NCBI RefSeq assembly: GCF_006345805.1
Contig: NC_042997.1
Span: 132,680,001-132,744,000, forward strand
Origin: Octopus sinensis
Lineage: Eukaryota
Direction: 5' to 3'
DNA: 64,000 nt
Part shown: positions 1 to 12,080 of the stretch, in pieces
Layout of the letters: each line of letters opens with the position of its first letter
Numbering within the stretch: position 1 is the first letter of the stretch
The notes under the pieces: generated by a model
Seen by the model: only the letters and a program-made list of their open reading frames with translations
Database searches by the model: none
Told to the model about the DNA's origin: nothing
Made by a program: the position numbers and the translations under genes

Positions 1-501
1 ATAAAAGGCATTAGTAGTTACTAGTTTCATCGCCGAAGAATGAAAGAAGATACTCATCAACAAATCTGTCCTTAAGGGAGCCAAGAAACATCGCCAAAAT
101 CTCTTAGCAGTATGTTTAGGCTACAAGAAAGCATTCGACTCTGTCCTTCACTCATGGATGATAGAATCACCACACGTTGTGAAAGTACCAGCTGCGATAG
201 AGCATGCCATCGAAAGAGACTGGCAACTACTAAAGCAACACCTATTGTTACAAACAATTAAGTCAGCAACAGGCAAATTGCAGAGTGATAGCTTGCCTGT
301 AATGTTGTCTGGACTGACAGTGAACCACTTGTAAACAAAATTCCAAGGTTACATGCTAGTATATACAGAAAAGGATAAAAATTAATGTAAGCCACACATT
401 TTTTCTTGATGTACTCAAGTCATATTTTGGTAACATGAGTAACGTCAAGAGACAATTAGTCGCAACATTCTCACGGAATATATGAATGAAGTTTGGGCAA
501 G

Positions 502-772
502 TTACTCTTTCACTCTTTTACTCTTTTACTTGTTTCAGTCATTTTGACTGTGGCCATGCTGGAGCACCACCTTTTTAGTCGAGCAAATCGATCCTCAAAA
601 CTTAATCTTTGTAAGCCCAGTACTTATTCTATCGTTCTGTTTTGCCGAACCGCTAAATTACAGGGACGTAAACACACCAGCATGTTGGGGGGACAAACAC
701 AGACACACAAACATACATACATACATACACACATGCATATATATATATGCTAGGGGGACAAACACAGACACA

Positions 773-834
<62 letters not shown>

Positions 835-994
835 ACGGGCTTCTTTCAGTTTCCGTCTACCAAATCCACTCACAATATTTGGTCGGCCCGAGGCTATAAT
901 AGAAGACACTTGCCCAAGGTGCTACGCAGTGGGACTGAACCCGGAACCATGTGGTTGGTAAGCAAGCTACTTACCACACAGCCACTCCTACGCC
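502..994 (-). mobile_element. tRNA-derived SINE, family A (CORE-like CCTTGGGCAAG, central TA/TG microsatellite, TAAAAGAG tail)
   Basis: Reverse complement of head GGCGTAGGAGTGGCTGTGTGGTAAG and of tail GGTGCTCCAGCATGGCC..ACTGAAACAAGTAAAAGAG. The internal GGGGGACAAACACAGACAC segment is duplicated. Confidence 0.9.
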
Positions 995-1893
995 TGTTAA
1001 ATACTCATTCGTGATAGTCAACGGAGGAAGGATTGTCGACAAAGAACACGTGCATCAATGGCTTGTCTATCTCCCCTATGATGAACACAAGTGCCTCGGA
1101 ACCGATGCGAATGCTGCACACGTTGGTGCTGTGGTAAAAACCAGAATAACAAAAGAGTATTTCTGCATAATCCGGAAAATTTAGAACTCAGAACTGTTTG
1201 CATTTAGCAAGAATATATCTCACAATACTTATGCAGTGCCAGCGCTAGTACCACCATTTAGGATGTTGGACTGGACACTTGACGAAATCTGCAACCTGGA
1301 CATCAAAAGTACAAATATACTTACCACCACTGACAACTTCTACATCAACATCCACGCCGACAAAATTTATGTGAGGCAAAGAGGTGGTAGCAGAAGCATA
1401 ATATCAGTCCAAATAGCTTTTGAATTTTGCATTGTATCGATCGGACAACACCTGCTGAACAATAAAGAAATATATACATACTCAAAAATGAGAGAAACAG
1501 CATCTTTAGAGTTGGAGAAGAAATACTGTGCAGGTACTCTGAAAACACAACTGTTTCATGCGACCCAGAGGAGGCTGGACTGACCTACCTAAACAAAAGC
1601 TTGGAGGAGAAACCTGCTTCATACAAGCAAAGAGCAGCGTATGGGTGTATATCTTGTAAGCATTGAGAGGAAAAGTAGTCACTCCTTGACCTGTAATACG
1701 TACATCCCATCCCATCGAGAAGGATATATACCTCCGCTATTCAGGAACAGGAGATAGCTACAAAATACATGATAAACAAGAAAAACAAAGATAGCACGAA
1801 ACATCCGGGTTGTAACAACGTGTAAGATATCACCCGTATCATCAGCAGCTTCAGGACATTACCTATCTCTGAGGTATGATATAGTTACAAAGA

Positions 1894-2116
1894 TTACTCT
1901 TTTACTCTTTTACTTATTTCAGTCATTTGACTTCGGCCATGCTGGAACACCACCTTTAGTCGAGCAAATCGACTCCGGGACTTATTCTTTGTAAGCCTAG
2001 TACTTATTATATCGGTCTCTTTTGCCGAACCGCTAAGTTACGGGGACGTAAACACACAAGCATCGGTTGTCAAGCAATGCTAGGGGGACAAACAGATACT
2101 AAAACGGACACACACA

Positions 2117-2162
<46 letters not shown>

Positions 2163-2336
2163 GTATACATATATACGACGGGCTTCTTTGAGTTTGAGTC
2201 TACCAAATCCACTCACAAGGCTTTGGTTCGCCCGAGGCTATAGTCGAATACATTTGTCCAAGATGCCACGCAGTGGGACTGACCCCGGAACCATGTGGTT
2301 GATAAGCAAGCTACATACCACACAGCCACTCCTGCG
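1894..2336 (-). mobile_element. SINE family A copy
   Basis: Same head, core and tail as the other copies. Confidence 0.9.
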
Positions 2337-2531
2337 TGTTATCCACATGAAGGATTGCCCTGACATATACATCAAAAGCATATCAGAACCAGCATATATT
2401 TACACCTTTAAAAGCAAGGAGTACTGATGTAATACTCCAATAGAAACAGCAATCCGTTGCAAGCATAACAGGCCTGATATTGTTAAGTACGACAGGGAAC
2501 AAAAGTCATACACTGTTGTTGCCCAGTTGCA

Positions 2532-2936
2532 GGCGTAGGAGTGGCTGTGTGGTAAGTAGATTGCTTATCAACCACATGGTTCCGGGTTCAGTCCCACTGC
2601 GTGACATCTTGGGCAAGTGCCTGCTAATATAGCCGACTAAAGCCTTGTGAGTGGATTTGGTCGACGGAAACTGAAAGAAGCCCGTCGTATATATGCGTAT
2701 ATATGTATGTACGTGTGTGTATATGTTTGTGTGTCTGTGTTTGTCCCGCTAACATCGCTTGACAACCGATGCTACTGTGTTTACGTCTCCGTAACTTAGC
2801 GGTTCGGCAAAAGAGACCGATAGAATAAGTACTAGGCTTACCAACAATAAGTCCTGGGGTTTATTTGCTCGACTAAAGGCGGTGCTCCAGCATGGCCACA
2901 GTCAAATGACTGAAAAAAGTAAAAGAGAAAGAGAAA
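2532..2936 (+). mobile_element. SINE family A copy
   Basis: Same head, core and tail as the other copies. Confidence 0.9.
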
Positions 2937-3359
2937 GTGTATCATCAAATGTCCTAGAAAAAAAGAACAGTTATGGCGAATTAATGCGGAACTTATAGCT
3001 CTTGAATCTATCATCATATCGTGTATTTACAAATTTACAGAAAACCCTAGAAATCCTAAGATTTCCGAAGGAATAACACCAAAGGAAACAGACACACATT
3101 CTTTGAATCCAGTCTAATCGTGAAGATTTATAAGATATTCCATAGATTCTCCATCCGACATACTTTTGATGTATATGTGCACACACTTGGGTGTATGCAT
3201 CGACAGTTCAACCCACACACCAAATCAACCACATATTAACAAATACAGAGAACTCTCTTAACTCAAAAAGTCTTGTCGCTTTTGTTAGAGACCGGCTAGA
3301 ACTTCCTTAAGAACTTATATACATACATACATACATGCATACATACATACATACATATA

Positions 3360-3570
3360 TAGTTAATCCAAACATGAACAAAGAGAAAACATAACAACGC
3401 GAGGACGTGGAACAAGTATAGTGTTATTGGACGCTCAGGAAAGGAAAGAAAGAAGGACGATTTAACGTTTCGAGCGGAGCTCTTCATCAGAACCATAGAA
3501 AAAGGAAAGGTCCAAGGAAGGGAAGACGGCGAAAGAAAATCGCCAACGATACACTCGCAGTCACACACAC
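3360..3570 (-). mobile_element. About 200-bp hammerhead-bearing repeat unit (solo pLTR-like; similar copies near 23550 and 42630)
   Basis: Aligns by eye with 23548-23745 and 42630-42845. All three share ..GAAGAGCTCC(G/T)CTCGAAACGT and end in TTGGAT(T/C)AAC(T/C). Confidence 0.7.
3457..3496 (-). ncRNA. Minimal type I hammerhead ribozyme motif
   Basis: Reverse complement reads ATGGTT-CTGATGA-A-GAGC tcc GCTC-GAAAC-GTTA-AATCGT. Stem I is 6 bp with two G.U pairs. Confidence 0.6.
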
Positions 3571-3704
3571 AATTATATTATATATGTATATATATATATA
3601 TATATATAATATATATATATATATATAATTATATATATATATATACCCTCGTACTCGCGCGAGTACTCATATTGATACAATATATAACCTCCATACATTA
3701 CACA

Positions 3705-3765
<61 letters not shown>

Positions 3766-3818
3766 GTCTGTGTGTTGTCTGTGTTGGACAGGCACTTGTT
3801 TATGTATTCAGACCAAAA

Positions 3819-4470
3819 CTGAATACATAAACAAGTGCCTGTCCAACAGTGATTGCATCATCCACACTCTCAACAGTGCACCTTTAAATATGGTTTCTGA
3901 TTATCAATATCTTGGGTCATACATATCATCATCTGGAAAAGACTTTCTAACTAGAAAGGGTATGGCCTGGTCAGCCTGTAATGACATGCATAAGATCTGG
4001 TCATCAAATCTAAGTAGAGACTTCAAACTTGAAATATTCAAAGCCACAGTCGAACCAATCCTACTATATGGCTCAGAAACCTGGACGTTATCAAAGAAGC
4101 TTGAGAGGCGGTTGGATGGAACCTACACTCGCCTCCTTATGAGAGCTCAAAATCTCTCGTGGAGGCGCCATCCAACTAAAATGCAAATATATGGGAAATT
4201 ACCACCTGTGTCATCTCTTGTGAAGGGTAGGAGAGTCCAGTTTGCTGGACATGTTGTAGAGCTGAAAAAGAAGTAATTTCTACTCTTCTCCTCTGGAAGC
4301 CATCTACTCGCAACACCAGAGGGCGCACACTCTCCTACCCTGATGTAATCTCCAGGGATACAGGCATCCAGCAACAGGACCTCCGTAATGCTATGATGGA
4401 CCGTGAAGTCTGGCGCAACATGGTAAATTCCATTGTCTCGACCACGGTCGAACAATGATGATGATGATGT
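3819..4470 (+). mobile_element. 5'-truncated RTE-like LINE (RT C-terminus plus (GAT)n tail)
   Basis: ORF 3770-4276 contains YQYLGSYI..FKATVEPILLYGSETWTL..QFAGH. ATGATGATG tail at about 4455-4468. Confidence 0.85.
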
Positions 4471-4717
4471 TGTCTGTGTGTTGTCTGTGTGTCTGTCTGT
4501 TTGTCTATCTATCTGGCTTTCTGTCTTGTACCTCACCAGCCAAAGGTACCCCGGACCACTGAATCATGGCACAAGTTTATACCTTCAGAAAACAAATTAC
4601 CAACTAATATATACCGATATCCATCATACTGTCACTCGTGAAATTAATAGAACTGCTACCTCGTGCAAATTAATATGGAAGTGGCTGGGCATCCCACAAA
4701 CATGCGTACCCTTAACG

Positions 4718-4853
4718 TAGTTCCGAGGGACATTCGGCGTGAAATGAGAAATGAAGTGCTTTGCTCGAGGACACAATACGGTCGCAGGGAATCGAACTCA
4801 CGACCTTGCGATCATGAGCCGAATACGCCTAACCACCGAGCCACGCGCCTTCA
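4718..4853 (-). mobile_element. tRNA-derived SINE head (family B-related)
   Basis: Reverse complement has A box (TGGCTCGGTGG) and B box (GTTCGATTCC) plus TGTGTCCTCGAGCAAAGCAC. Confidence 0.7.
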
Positions 4854-5159
4854 CAAATACTAAATCGCTATATGCACAGTGAACAATGAAAATGAAAACA
4901 ATGACCCGCTTATTTATAGAAAGGCAATGTCGAAACGCCTGATGACCCAGGCTTTATGAATATACATTCGTCTTAAAGGAGACGTTGGTCTCCTGTGCGA
5001 ATCAAATCAGTGATTTGCATATACACATTCGAATCTACCGGAATGTATTAAGAATGAATATGACAGTCATTGTTCTGATTCTAGCTTTCCACCGTGCATA
5101 TGAAGACCTATTATGTTTAGACATATACGTACGCGCATATAATATATTGTATTATATTA

Positions 5160-5235
5160 TTTCATATCATATCATATCATATCATATCATATCATATCAT
5201 ATCATATCATATTATATTATATTACATTACATTAT
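5160..5235. repeat. (TATCA)n pentanucleotide microsatellite
   Basis: Seen directly. Confidence 0.9.
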
Positions 5236-5624
5236 GTTATATTATATTATATATGTACACGTCTGTGCATGAATAGGCAAACAGATCTGCAGTATGATAA
5301 ATTGATAAACAGATTCATGGAAAGATGTATCGAAAGATAGATGGACATAGAATATTTTTTGTATAAGTATATAGATGAATATTGGCACACGTTTCTATGT
5401 ACGTGTGTGTATGTGGGTGCATAAGTTTATATGAACGTGTGCGCATGTGTCGTTATGTCTGAGTGCAAACAAGTAGAACCAATATATAGACAAAGAGAAA
5501 TAGGTGGAAATATGTATATGTGTATAATATATGCACACATACATACATATATGCATATGTGCGCATAAACAAGCATGCGAACACATAGGTATACACACAC
5601 ACATAGACAGATAGGTAGATAGAT

Positions 5625-5631
5625 AAATAGG

Positions 5632-5711
<80 letters not shown>

Positions 5712-5712
5712 G
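5625..5712. repeat. (GATA)n microsatellite
   Basis: Seen directly. Confidence 0.95.
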
Positions 5713-5958
5713 AGGTGCATAGAGGGAGAGTATATGTAAAAGATTATATATAGTACATTGAAAACCACCAGAGACGAGAAATTAGATAAATATATGAAAG
5801 TATCTGCATCTGGGTGCGAATGTGTTTATCATCCGTACACACAGGTGCGCGCGCACATGTATGTATACCTACATACATATATGCGTGTGTGTATACATAT
5901 ATGTATGTATATATATATATTATATATATATATAATATATATAATATATATATATAAT

Positions 5959-6007
<49 letters not shown>

Positions 6008-6069
6008 TATATATATACATACACACACAGATATATGTATACGCATATACTGTTATGTATGTAAATGCG

Positions 6070-6117
<48 letters not shown>

Positions 6118-6527
6118 TACATATATACATATATTGTATGTAAGAGTCGAATATATAAACGAGCGGACATAAATAATAGACAGATATACCCACAGAATAA
6201 TATCTGATTGTGTGTGTGGGGTTTGTGTGAGTGTGTTTGTGTGTGTGAGAGAGAGATAGAGTGTGTGTGCATGTGTTGTTGTTGTATGTGTATTACCGCT
6301 GTAATAAAGATAATGGATTCCTAAACTCTGCTGGTGTTATAGTCATTCATCATATTGCATACCACACATTGAGCTGTGTTTGAATACAAGTCCACTTGAT
6401 CTTTGAATAAAGATTACCATATATATATATATGTGCTTGTCTGTTTGTGCGTGTGTGTTTGTGTATGTATATATGTATATATGTATATATGTATATATGT
6501 ATATATATATATACACATATATACGCA

Positions 6528-6589
<62 letters not shown>

Positions 6590-6931
6590 GCATGTAGGTG
6601 TACGTAGACAATATCGTGTGGATTCTCTCTTTCATATTTTTTTTTATATATATTTGTATTTTTGTGTGTTTCTCATCTTTCTCTTTCAACCTAATTTGTA
6701 TATTTCGAAGGAGGTACATATCCGAAACATCGTAATTAAATCTTTCCACTTTCTGAGCATCAAATATGTCTAATTTAAATCAGGTTTTTGTTCTGTTCGT
6801 CTGTGTCACACCGCGGTGTGTATGTATATATGTATGCATGTATGTAGGTATGTATTTATGTATGTATGTATGTATGTATGTGTATGTATGTATGTATGTA
6901 TGTATGTATGTATGTATGTATGTATGTATGT

Positions 6932-7535
6932 ATGGTCAAACGTTGGAGACTGTATCTAGAATTATTTATTTAGGAAGTAGCTTGAGCACTGCTGGTCTTG
7001 AGGATGAAATTTCATACAGAATCAGCAGGGCCAGTAGTGCTTTTGGTAGGCTTGATAGGCGTCTGTGGAAACAACATAATATATCTTCACAAATTAAAGT
7101 TAAGGTATATAACACATGCGTCCTCCTATCTTTGCTATATGGAAGTGAGGCATGGGTTGTTCACCGTTGGCAATTGGAATGATTTCATCGATACTGAGAA
7201 AAACTTTGGGGATAAACTGGAAAATGGCCATTAGCAATGTGGAGGTGTTTGAGAGTAGTGGCAGTAGGAGTATAGAGTCAATGACGTTGCAAAGACGTTT
7301 AAGGTGATGGTAGGGACATTTGGTAAGGATGAGTGATGAGCGACTGCCCAAGCAGCTATTGTATGGTGACCTGGAAGATGGTAGAAGACCAGCACATAAG
7401 CCTAAACTAAGGTTTAAGGATTGCTTTAAAAATACTCTAATACAGACAGGAATTGCAGCTGGTAATTGGGAGAGGGAGACACAAGTCCGTGATGGATGGA
7501 GGAAGATAGTGCATGATGGTTGTAGGCCTTAGCAT
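6932..7535 (+). mobile_element. RTE (BovB-like) LINE 3' fragment
   Basis: IIYLGSSLS..RISRASSAFGRL..LLYGSEAW and RMSDERLPKQLLYGDL..RFKD. Contains stops. Confidence 0.85.
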
Positions 7536-7912
7536 GTGGCCATAAGATATTGTAAAAGAAATGATATTGTATTTAATGCTATAATAAACAGAATTATAGA
7601 AAGATTACCTACATGGAACATTCTCTTTGAAATATCAATTACATAGGAGGCGATGGTTCTACTCTCAGCGACAAAGGTAGAAGGTACACTTGACCAACAA
7701 ATATAGATAAGTAATAGAGTGGAATACTTTCCTATAATCAATCCATACCCTAGCAAAGTTTCTGCGATGTTTTCTTACTTCGGATAATACAGCTTTGCTT
7801 ATTAAAAGCTGTTTGGCACATCTCCACACTCCCTTCATTTCATGTCCTTGCTCATCGGTCATTTTGTCATTGGACTCACAACCACCGTCGAGAAATTGAT
7901 ACAGTTTTTGCA
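7536..7912 (-). mobile_element. R4-like LINE RT fragment
   Basis: KGVWRCAKQLLISKAVLSEVRKHRRNFARVWIDYRKVFHS, the same RT block as at 60-170. Confidence 0.75.
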
Positions 7913-7961
7913 AAGCTTGTACGTAATGTTTCTACAAGCAATGAGCAAAGCTTCAACGTAA

Positions 7962-8291
7962 GCGTAGGAGTGGCTGTGTGGTAAGTAGCTTGCTTACGAA
8001 CCACATGGTTCCGGGTTCAGTCCCATTGCGTGGCATCTTGGACAAGTGTCTTCTACTATAGCTCCGGGCCGACCAAAGCCTTGAGAGTGGATTTGGTAGA
8101 CGGAAACTGAAAGAAGCCCGTCGTATATATGATGCTGGAGTGTTTACATCCTCGTAACTTAGCGGTTCGGCAAAAGAGGCCGATAGAATAAGTACTAGAC
8201 TTACAAAGAATAAGTCCTGGGGTATATTTACTCGGCTAAAGGCGGTGCTCCAGCATGGCCACAGTGAAATGACTGAAACAAGTAAAAGAGT
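7962..8291 (+). mobile_element. SINE family A copy, short central region
   Basis: Head and tail present; microsatellite and adjacent segment deleted. Confidence 0.9.
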
Positions 8292-8575
8292 AATAACGTT
8301 TCTACAAGCATTATGTACAAGCTTGTACATAATGTTTCTACAAGCTTTCTGCCAACACGGTGGTTATAACCTTGGCTACAACATTCATTCGTGTTATTGC
8401 AAACAAATTTGATAAGTCAATCTGGCCCTCCATAATTCCTTTGAATATACTTATTAATTACTTTCTTTAGAAGATCAGCCTTTTGTACGAGTATCCAACT
8501 TATAGCTCTCTACCTGCTGCCGCTATGAGGTACGTTTAAGGTCGAATATGTATGTACTATTTATTTCATAGTAAT

Positions 8576-8950
8576 AATTACCTCCGCCTTCACTAAGGCG
8601 GGGGTATTGTTTTCAGTCGCATTTGTTTGATTTGTTTGTCCGTGGACACGATATCTCAAGAACTACTGGATGGATTCGGATGAAACTTTCAGGGATGTTA
8701 TGGCACAAACGGATTAGATTTTGGGATCGTTTCAGTACTGGCGAAGGATTCTGAATTATTTCCCCTGTTTCTTTTTGTTTTTTTTTTACTTAATTTTTGA
8801 GCGCGGACAGGTTCACTTTTAATATTCTAGTTTGTGAGAGTAGTTGAGCTTATTTCAGATATTCTCATTTTAAAAATCATCTCCGGCTAATCGTTGAGAA
8901 GACGTTGGTGTTGCCTTGGCAGAGGTTTGCGTTCTCTGAGTGCTCTTATT
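8576..8950 (+). mobile_element. Helentron/Helitron2-like non-autonomous element
   Basis: 5' hairpin TACCTCCGCC..GGCGGGGGTA and 3' subterminal GGCAGAGGTTTGCG..TGAGTGCTC; DINE/HINE-like layout recalled from memory. Confidence 0.55.
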
Positions 8951-9250
8951 ATAATTGATATTTAACTGAATTCACTATAATATTTTTCGTTTTTATTTAA
9001 TAGTCAATGAAAGTCATAAATTCCAGTGTATTCATATTGAAATAAATTTTAATTAAATTAACAAGTTCGAGGAGAAACCGCCATGAAATTGAAAAAAATA
9101 AAAGAATCTATTCTACATTTTATATTTCATCACCTTTCTCTTTCTGTCTGTCTGTCTGTTACTCTCTCACTTTCCCTCTCTCTTTTCTCTGGTTTGCAAC
9201 AAATGAAATATAAAGAAACTGTGAGTGCCCTTATTAACTTTCTTATTTCG

Positions 9251-9292
<42 letters not shown>

Positions 9293-9315
9293 GTTCTCAT
9301 GTACTAAAAATCAAC

Positions 9316-9360
9316 ATCGTACTGAAGAAGTCCACGTTACACCGAAATACGTATATCCAA
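9316..9360 (+). ncRNA. Degenerate type I hammerhead motif
   Basis: CTGAAGA..GAA-ATACGTAT (8-nt palindrome)-A. Stems I and II are eroded. Confidence 0.4.
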
Positions 9361-9593
9361 CTGGAAATTTATGGCTTTTATTGGCTACGAAGTAAATTAG
9401 ACACAATTCTATATTTCAATTTTAATTACTATAGCTACGAATTAGAATAAATTTTCTCCCCCTATACAAATATAAAATGGATGGACTATTCATAATTATT
9501 TATCAGATATTATTTTCCATTAATTTTCCACATATGTGTATATATGCGCATGCACATATACACAAATACATATATGTCTGTGAGTGTCTGTCT

Positions 9594-9762
<169 letters not shown>

Positions 9763-10621
9763 GATAAATGGTGGCTAGACAAATAGATAGATAGATAGAT
9801 ACGCACGCACACACGCTTACACTTACACGCAAGCATTATATTTGGACACAGCTATATGCACTCGCCCCATCCACATCCGATTACACATTTACATACAACA
9901 CACTAGAAACTTTTTACGTCAAAGCGATCACATAAACACCTCTGTCGCCATACTTAGACGCATACACCAATATTCACACAGCTGTCCTTAGATTACTTTA
10001 ATTAATATTTATTTTTCTTCCTATTATTAATCAATTAACACATGGCCAGTTAACCTCTTCTCTAATTTCACTCTAATATTTATTTTTGCTTCAATGATTG
10101 ATTCTCTGTCTCCTTACTTAGTTGCACCACGTTGTAACACCAAACAATTGTACATCTCTTGTCTCATCTCTACGCATCCACACCAGTAAACGATAATAGT
10201 GTTCTGCATCCACCAATACTTGCACCTTCCCGTCTAATTAACAACTCTCCTACCCACCCTTACAATCTTCCAGCACCGCTCAATAACAGTCGCATAAATA
10301 TTGCTTGCAACATACCTGAAATAGCATTCTATTACACACACAGACACACACACGCACATACACATACACAGAGTAATATTTATATATAATTATTCAGAAA
10401 AACAATAAAACATTAATTAAAGTATAATATTTATATTGCTTTAACATGGAAACGTTTGACAGTGATTTTCCTCTTAGTTTCTTCCTGTGCTCTGTTTATT
10501 AGGAAATCTACGATAAATTTAATGTAATTAGTTCACAATTTACAGCTCTTGTGCTGTAGAGAATTAACAAATATATTTTCATGTTGTTATTCCTTTCACA
10601 CAAAGAAACAGAAAGAAAATT

Positions 10622-10664
10622 ATTCTGACATGTTTCATAGTTGATTGGCCACTCCTCAGAGGAT
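10622..10664 (-). ncRNA. Minimal type I hammerhead ribozyme motif
   Basis: Reverse complement reads ATCCT-CTGAGGA-GTGG ccaatcaa CTAT-GAAAC AT GTC-AGAAT. Stem III is the palindrome ACATGT and the site is GUC. Confidence 0.65.
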
Positions 10665-11584
10665 AGTACCCGACGTTATCTTAGCCACAAGTGAAATGAA
10701 TAACCAACTCTATTTAAAACACAAAATAGCAAATGGATGAAATAGCTAAACTAATTTGCTTATCATCAATTTGTCCGTGATGTAATTAAATGATTAATAA
10801 ATATCCTAAGAGCAAGCAGGCTGTATTGAAAAATCTAAGACAAACTGAATGCAGTTAGCTCATACATTTTTACGTAGAATTTATCTCTGATTAAAGTAAA
10901 CAAGTATAAATATGTGTTGTTAATTTCTTTGCACAAAGAAGAATGAAAGAAATTCATTTGAACACTACTCGTGGGATACGTACTCCTCATTCCCTTGTCT
11001 ACGTTATATACTGCTGCTGATATGGTGAAGAGTGAATCTAGCACAAGGAGTGGCAGGAGTAGTAGGACGGCAGACTAAGTGTTATGAGGTATTTAGTTTT
11101 AATACCTTTACATTCTGAGTTCAAACACTACTCAGACTAACATAACATTTTCTTCTTGCAAAGTCAATAGAATATGAAACTAAATGCTTTGTTATTTCAC
11201 GCAGATTAGCATTCTGGTTTTCACAACTTTTGAAATGTATTATTTCAATTTCCGGGTTTCATGGTGAGAAAGGTACATGTAATTTTTCTTTTTTTTTTCA
11301 CACTTTTCCAAATTGGTCACACTGGTTAAGATTGGAAAACATTTTCACTAATGGATGGAAAAGTATATAAATAGATAAATGCACACTTACAAACATCTTT
11401 GTTCTTTTCAGCAGGAATGTAAACTATGACAGAATTACATCAAATAACCAGTGACATCACCTAAGAAAATAAAAAAATGTTGAAGCGGAAAAAGCTTCTG
11501 AGGAAGGAAGCGGATCTATAGAACTACCAGACTTCAGATTAATAAAACTTCCTGTGAACCATTTCTTCCCATTAAGTTCTGGTA

Positions 11585-11915
11585 ATATTAGTTACAAATT
11601 TTGGCGCAAGGCCAGAAATTTCGGGGGAAATTGTGCTCAACTGGTACTTATTTTACCGACCCCAAAACGATGAAATTTCTGATATTTCCAGCCATGACTG
11701 ATCTTGCTTTTCTCTCCATCACTACTGATAAAATAGTCACCCGTAGTTTACTAGGGTGGAGCAAATCGATTATAGAATATAAACCTGTATTAAGGCAGCA
11801 AGCTGGTAGAAATGTTTGCGCGCCGGGCGAAATGCTTAGCGTTATTTCGTCTACCGATACGTTCTGAGTTCAAATTCCGCCGAGGCAATAAAATTCATAC
11901 CTTACAAATACTGGG
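11585..11915. mobile_element. Two partial Nin/Deu-like SINE pieces in opposite orientation
   Basis: Minus-strand core (CTGGTACTTATTTTACCGACCCC) at about 11590-11680. Plus-strand head (GCCGGGCGAAATGCTTAGCG..GAGTTCAAATTCCGCCGAGG) at about 11800-11885. Confidence 0.6.
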
Positions 11916-12080
11916 ACTGAGTTTATATAATCAACAATAAATTACCTCTAAAAGTGTTACTCAGTCCATATGTTTGACGAAAATTAGAAGAACGACTTGT
12001 TTGTAGACACAATATCAATGAATTAAATACTTTACAGCATTTAGAATATTATGGTTTGCTTGAAGTATAAAAATAAAAAT

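Larger units (their letters stand above)
1..3160 (+). mobile_element. Degenerate R4/Dong-clade (RLE-type) non-LTR retrotransposon, interrupted by three SINEs
   Basis: Hand translation gives RT motif GYKKAFDSVLHSWM (about 119-160), LDIKSTNILTT..ADKIYVRQRGGSR (ORF 1236-1583; resembles the LDRKTRK..DRLY..GGRG block) and the restriction-like endonuclease motif KHNRPDIV (2461-2484). Many stops and frameshifts. Confidence 0.75.

Noticed and set aside
2532-2610. tRNA genes suggested by A/B boxes in SINE heads
   Set aside because: No complete cloverleaf, and each continues into a SINE body.
5744-6773. Many 60-150 aa ORFs rich in I/Y/V/C/H/T (also at 15.4-16.2, 25.8-26.4, 29.2-30.6, 41.6 and 51.3-51.8 kb)
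   Set aside because: They are translations of TA/TG/CA microsatellites, which lack stops in some frames.
11391-11460. 70-bp minus-strand segment with strong acceptor and GTAAGT donor
   Set aside because: Stops in all three frames. It could be a non-coding exon, but nothing here supports that.
11490-11560. CTGAGGA followed by AGGAAG/CTTCCT stem
   Set aside because: No GAAA box, NUH or stem I, so not a hammerhead.
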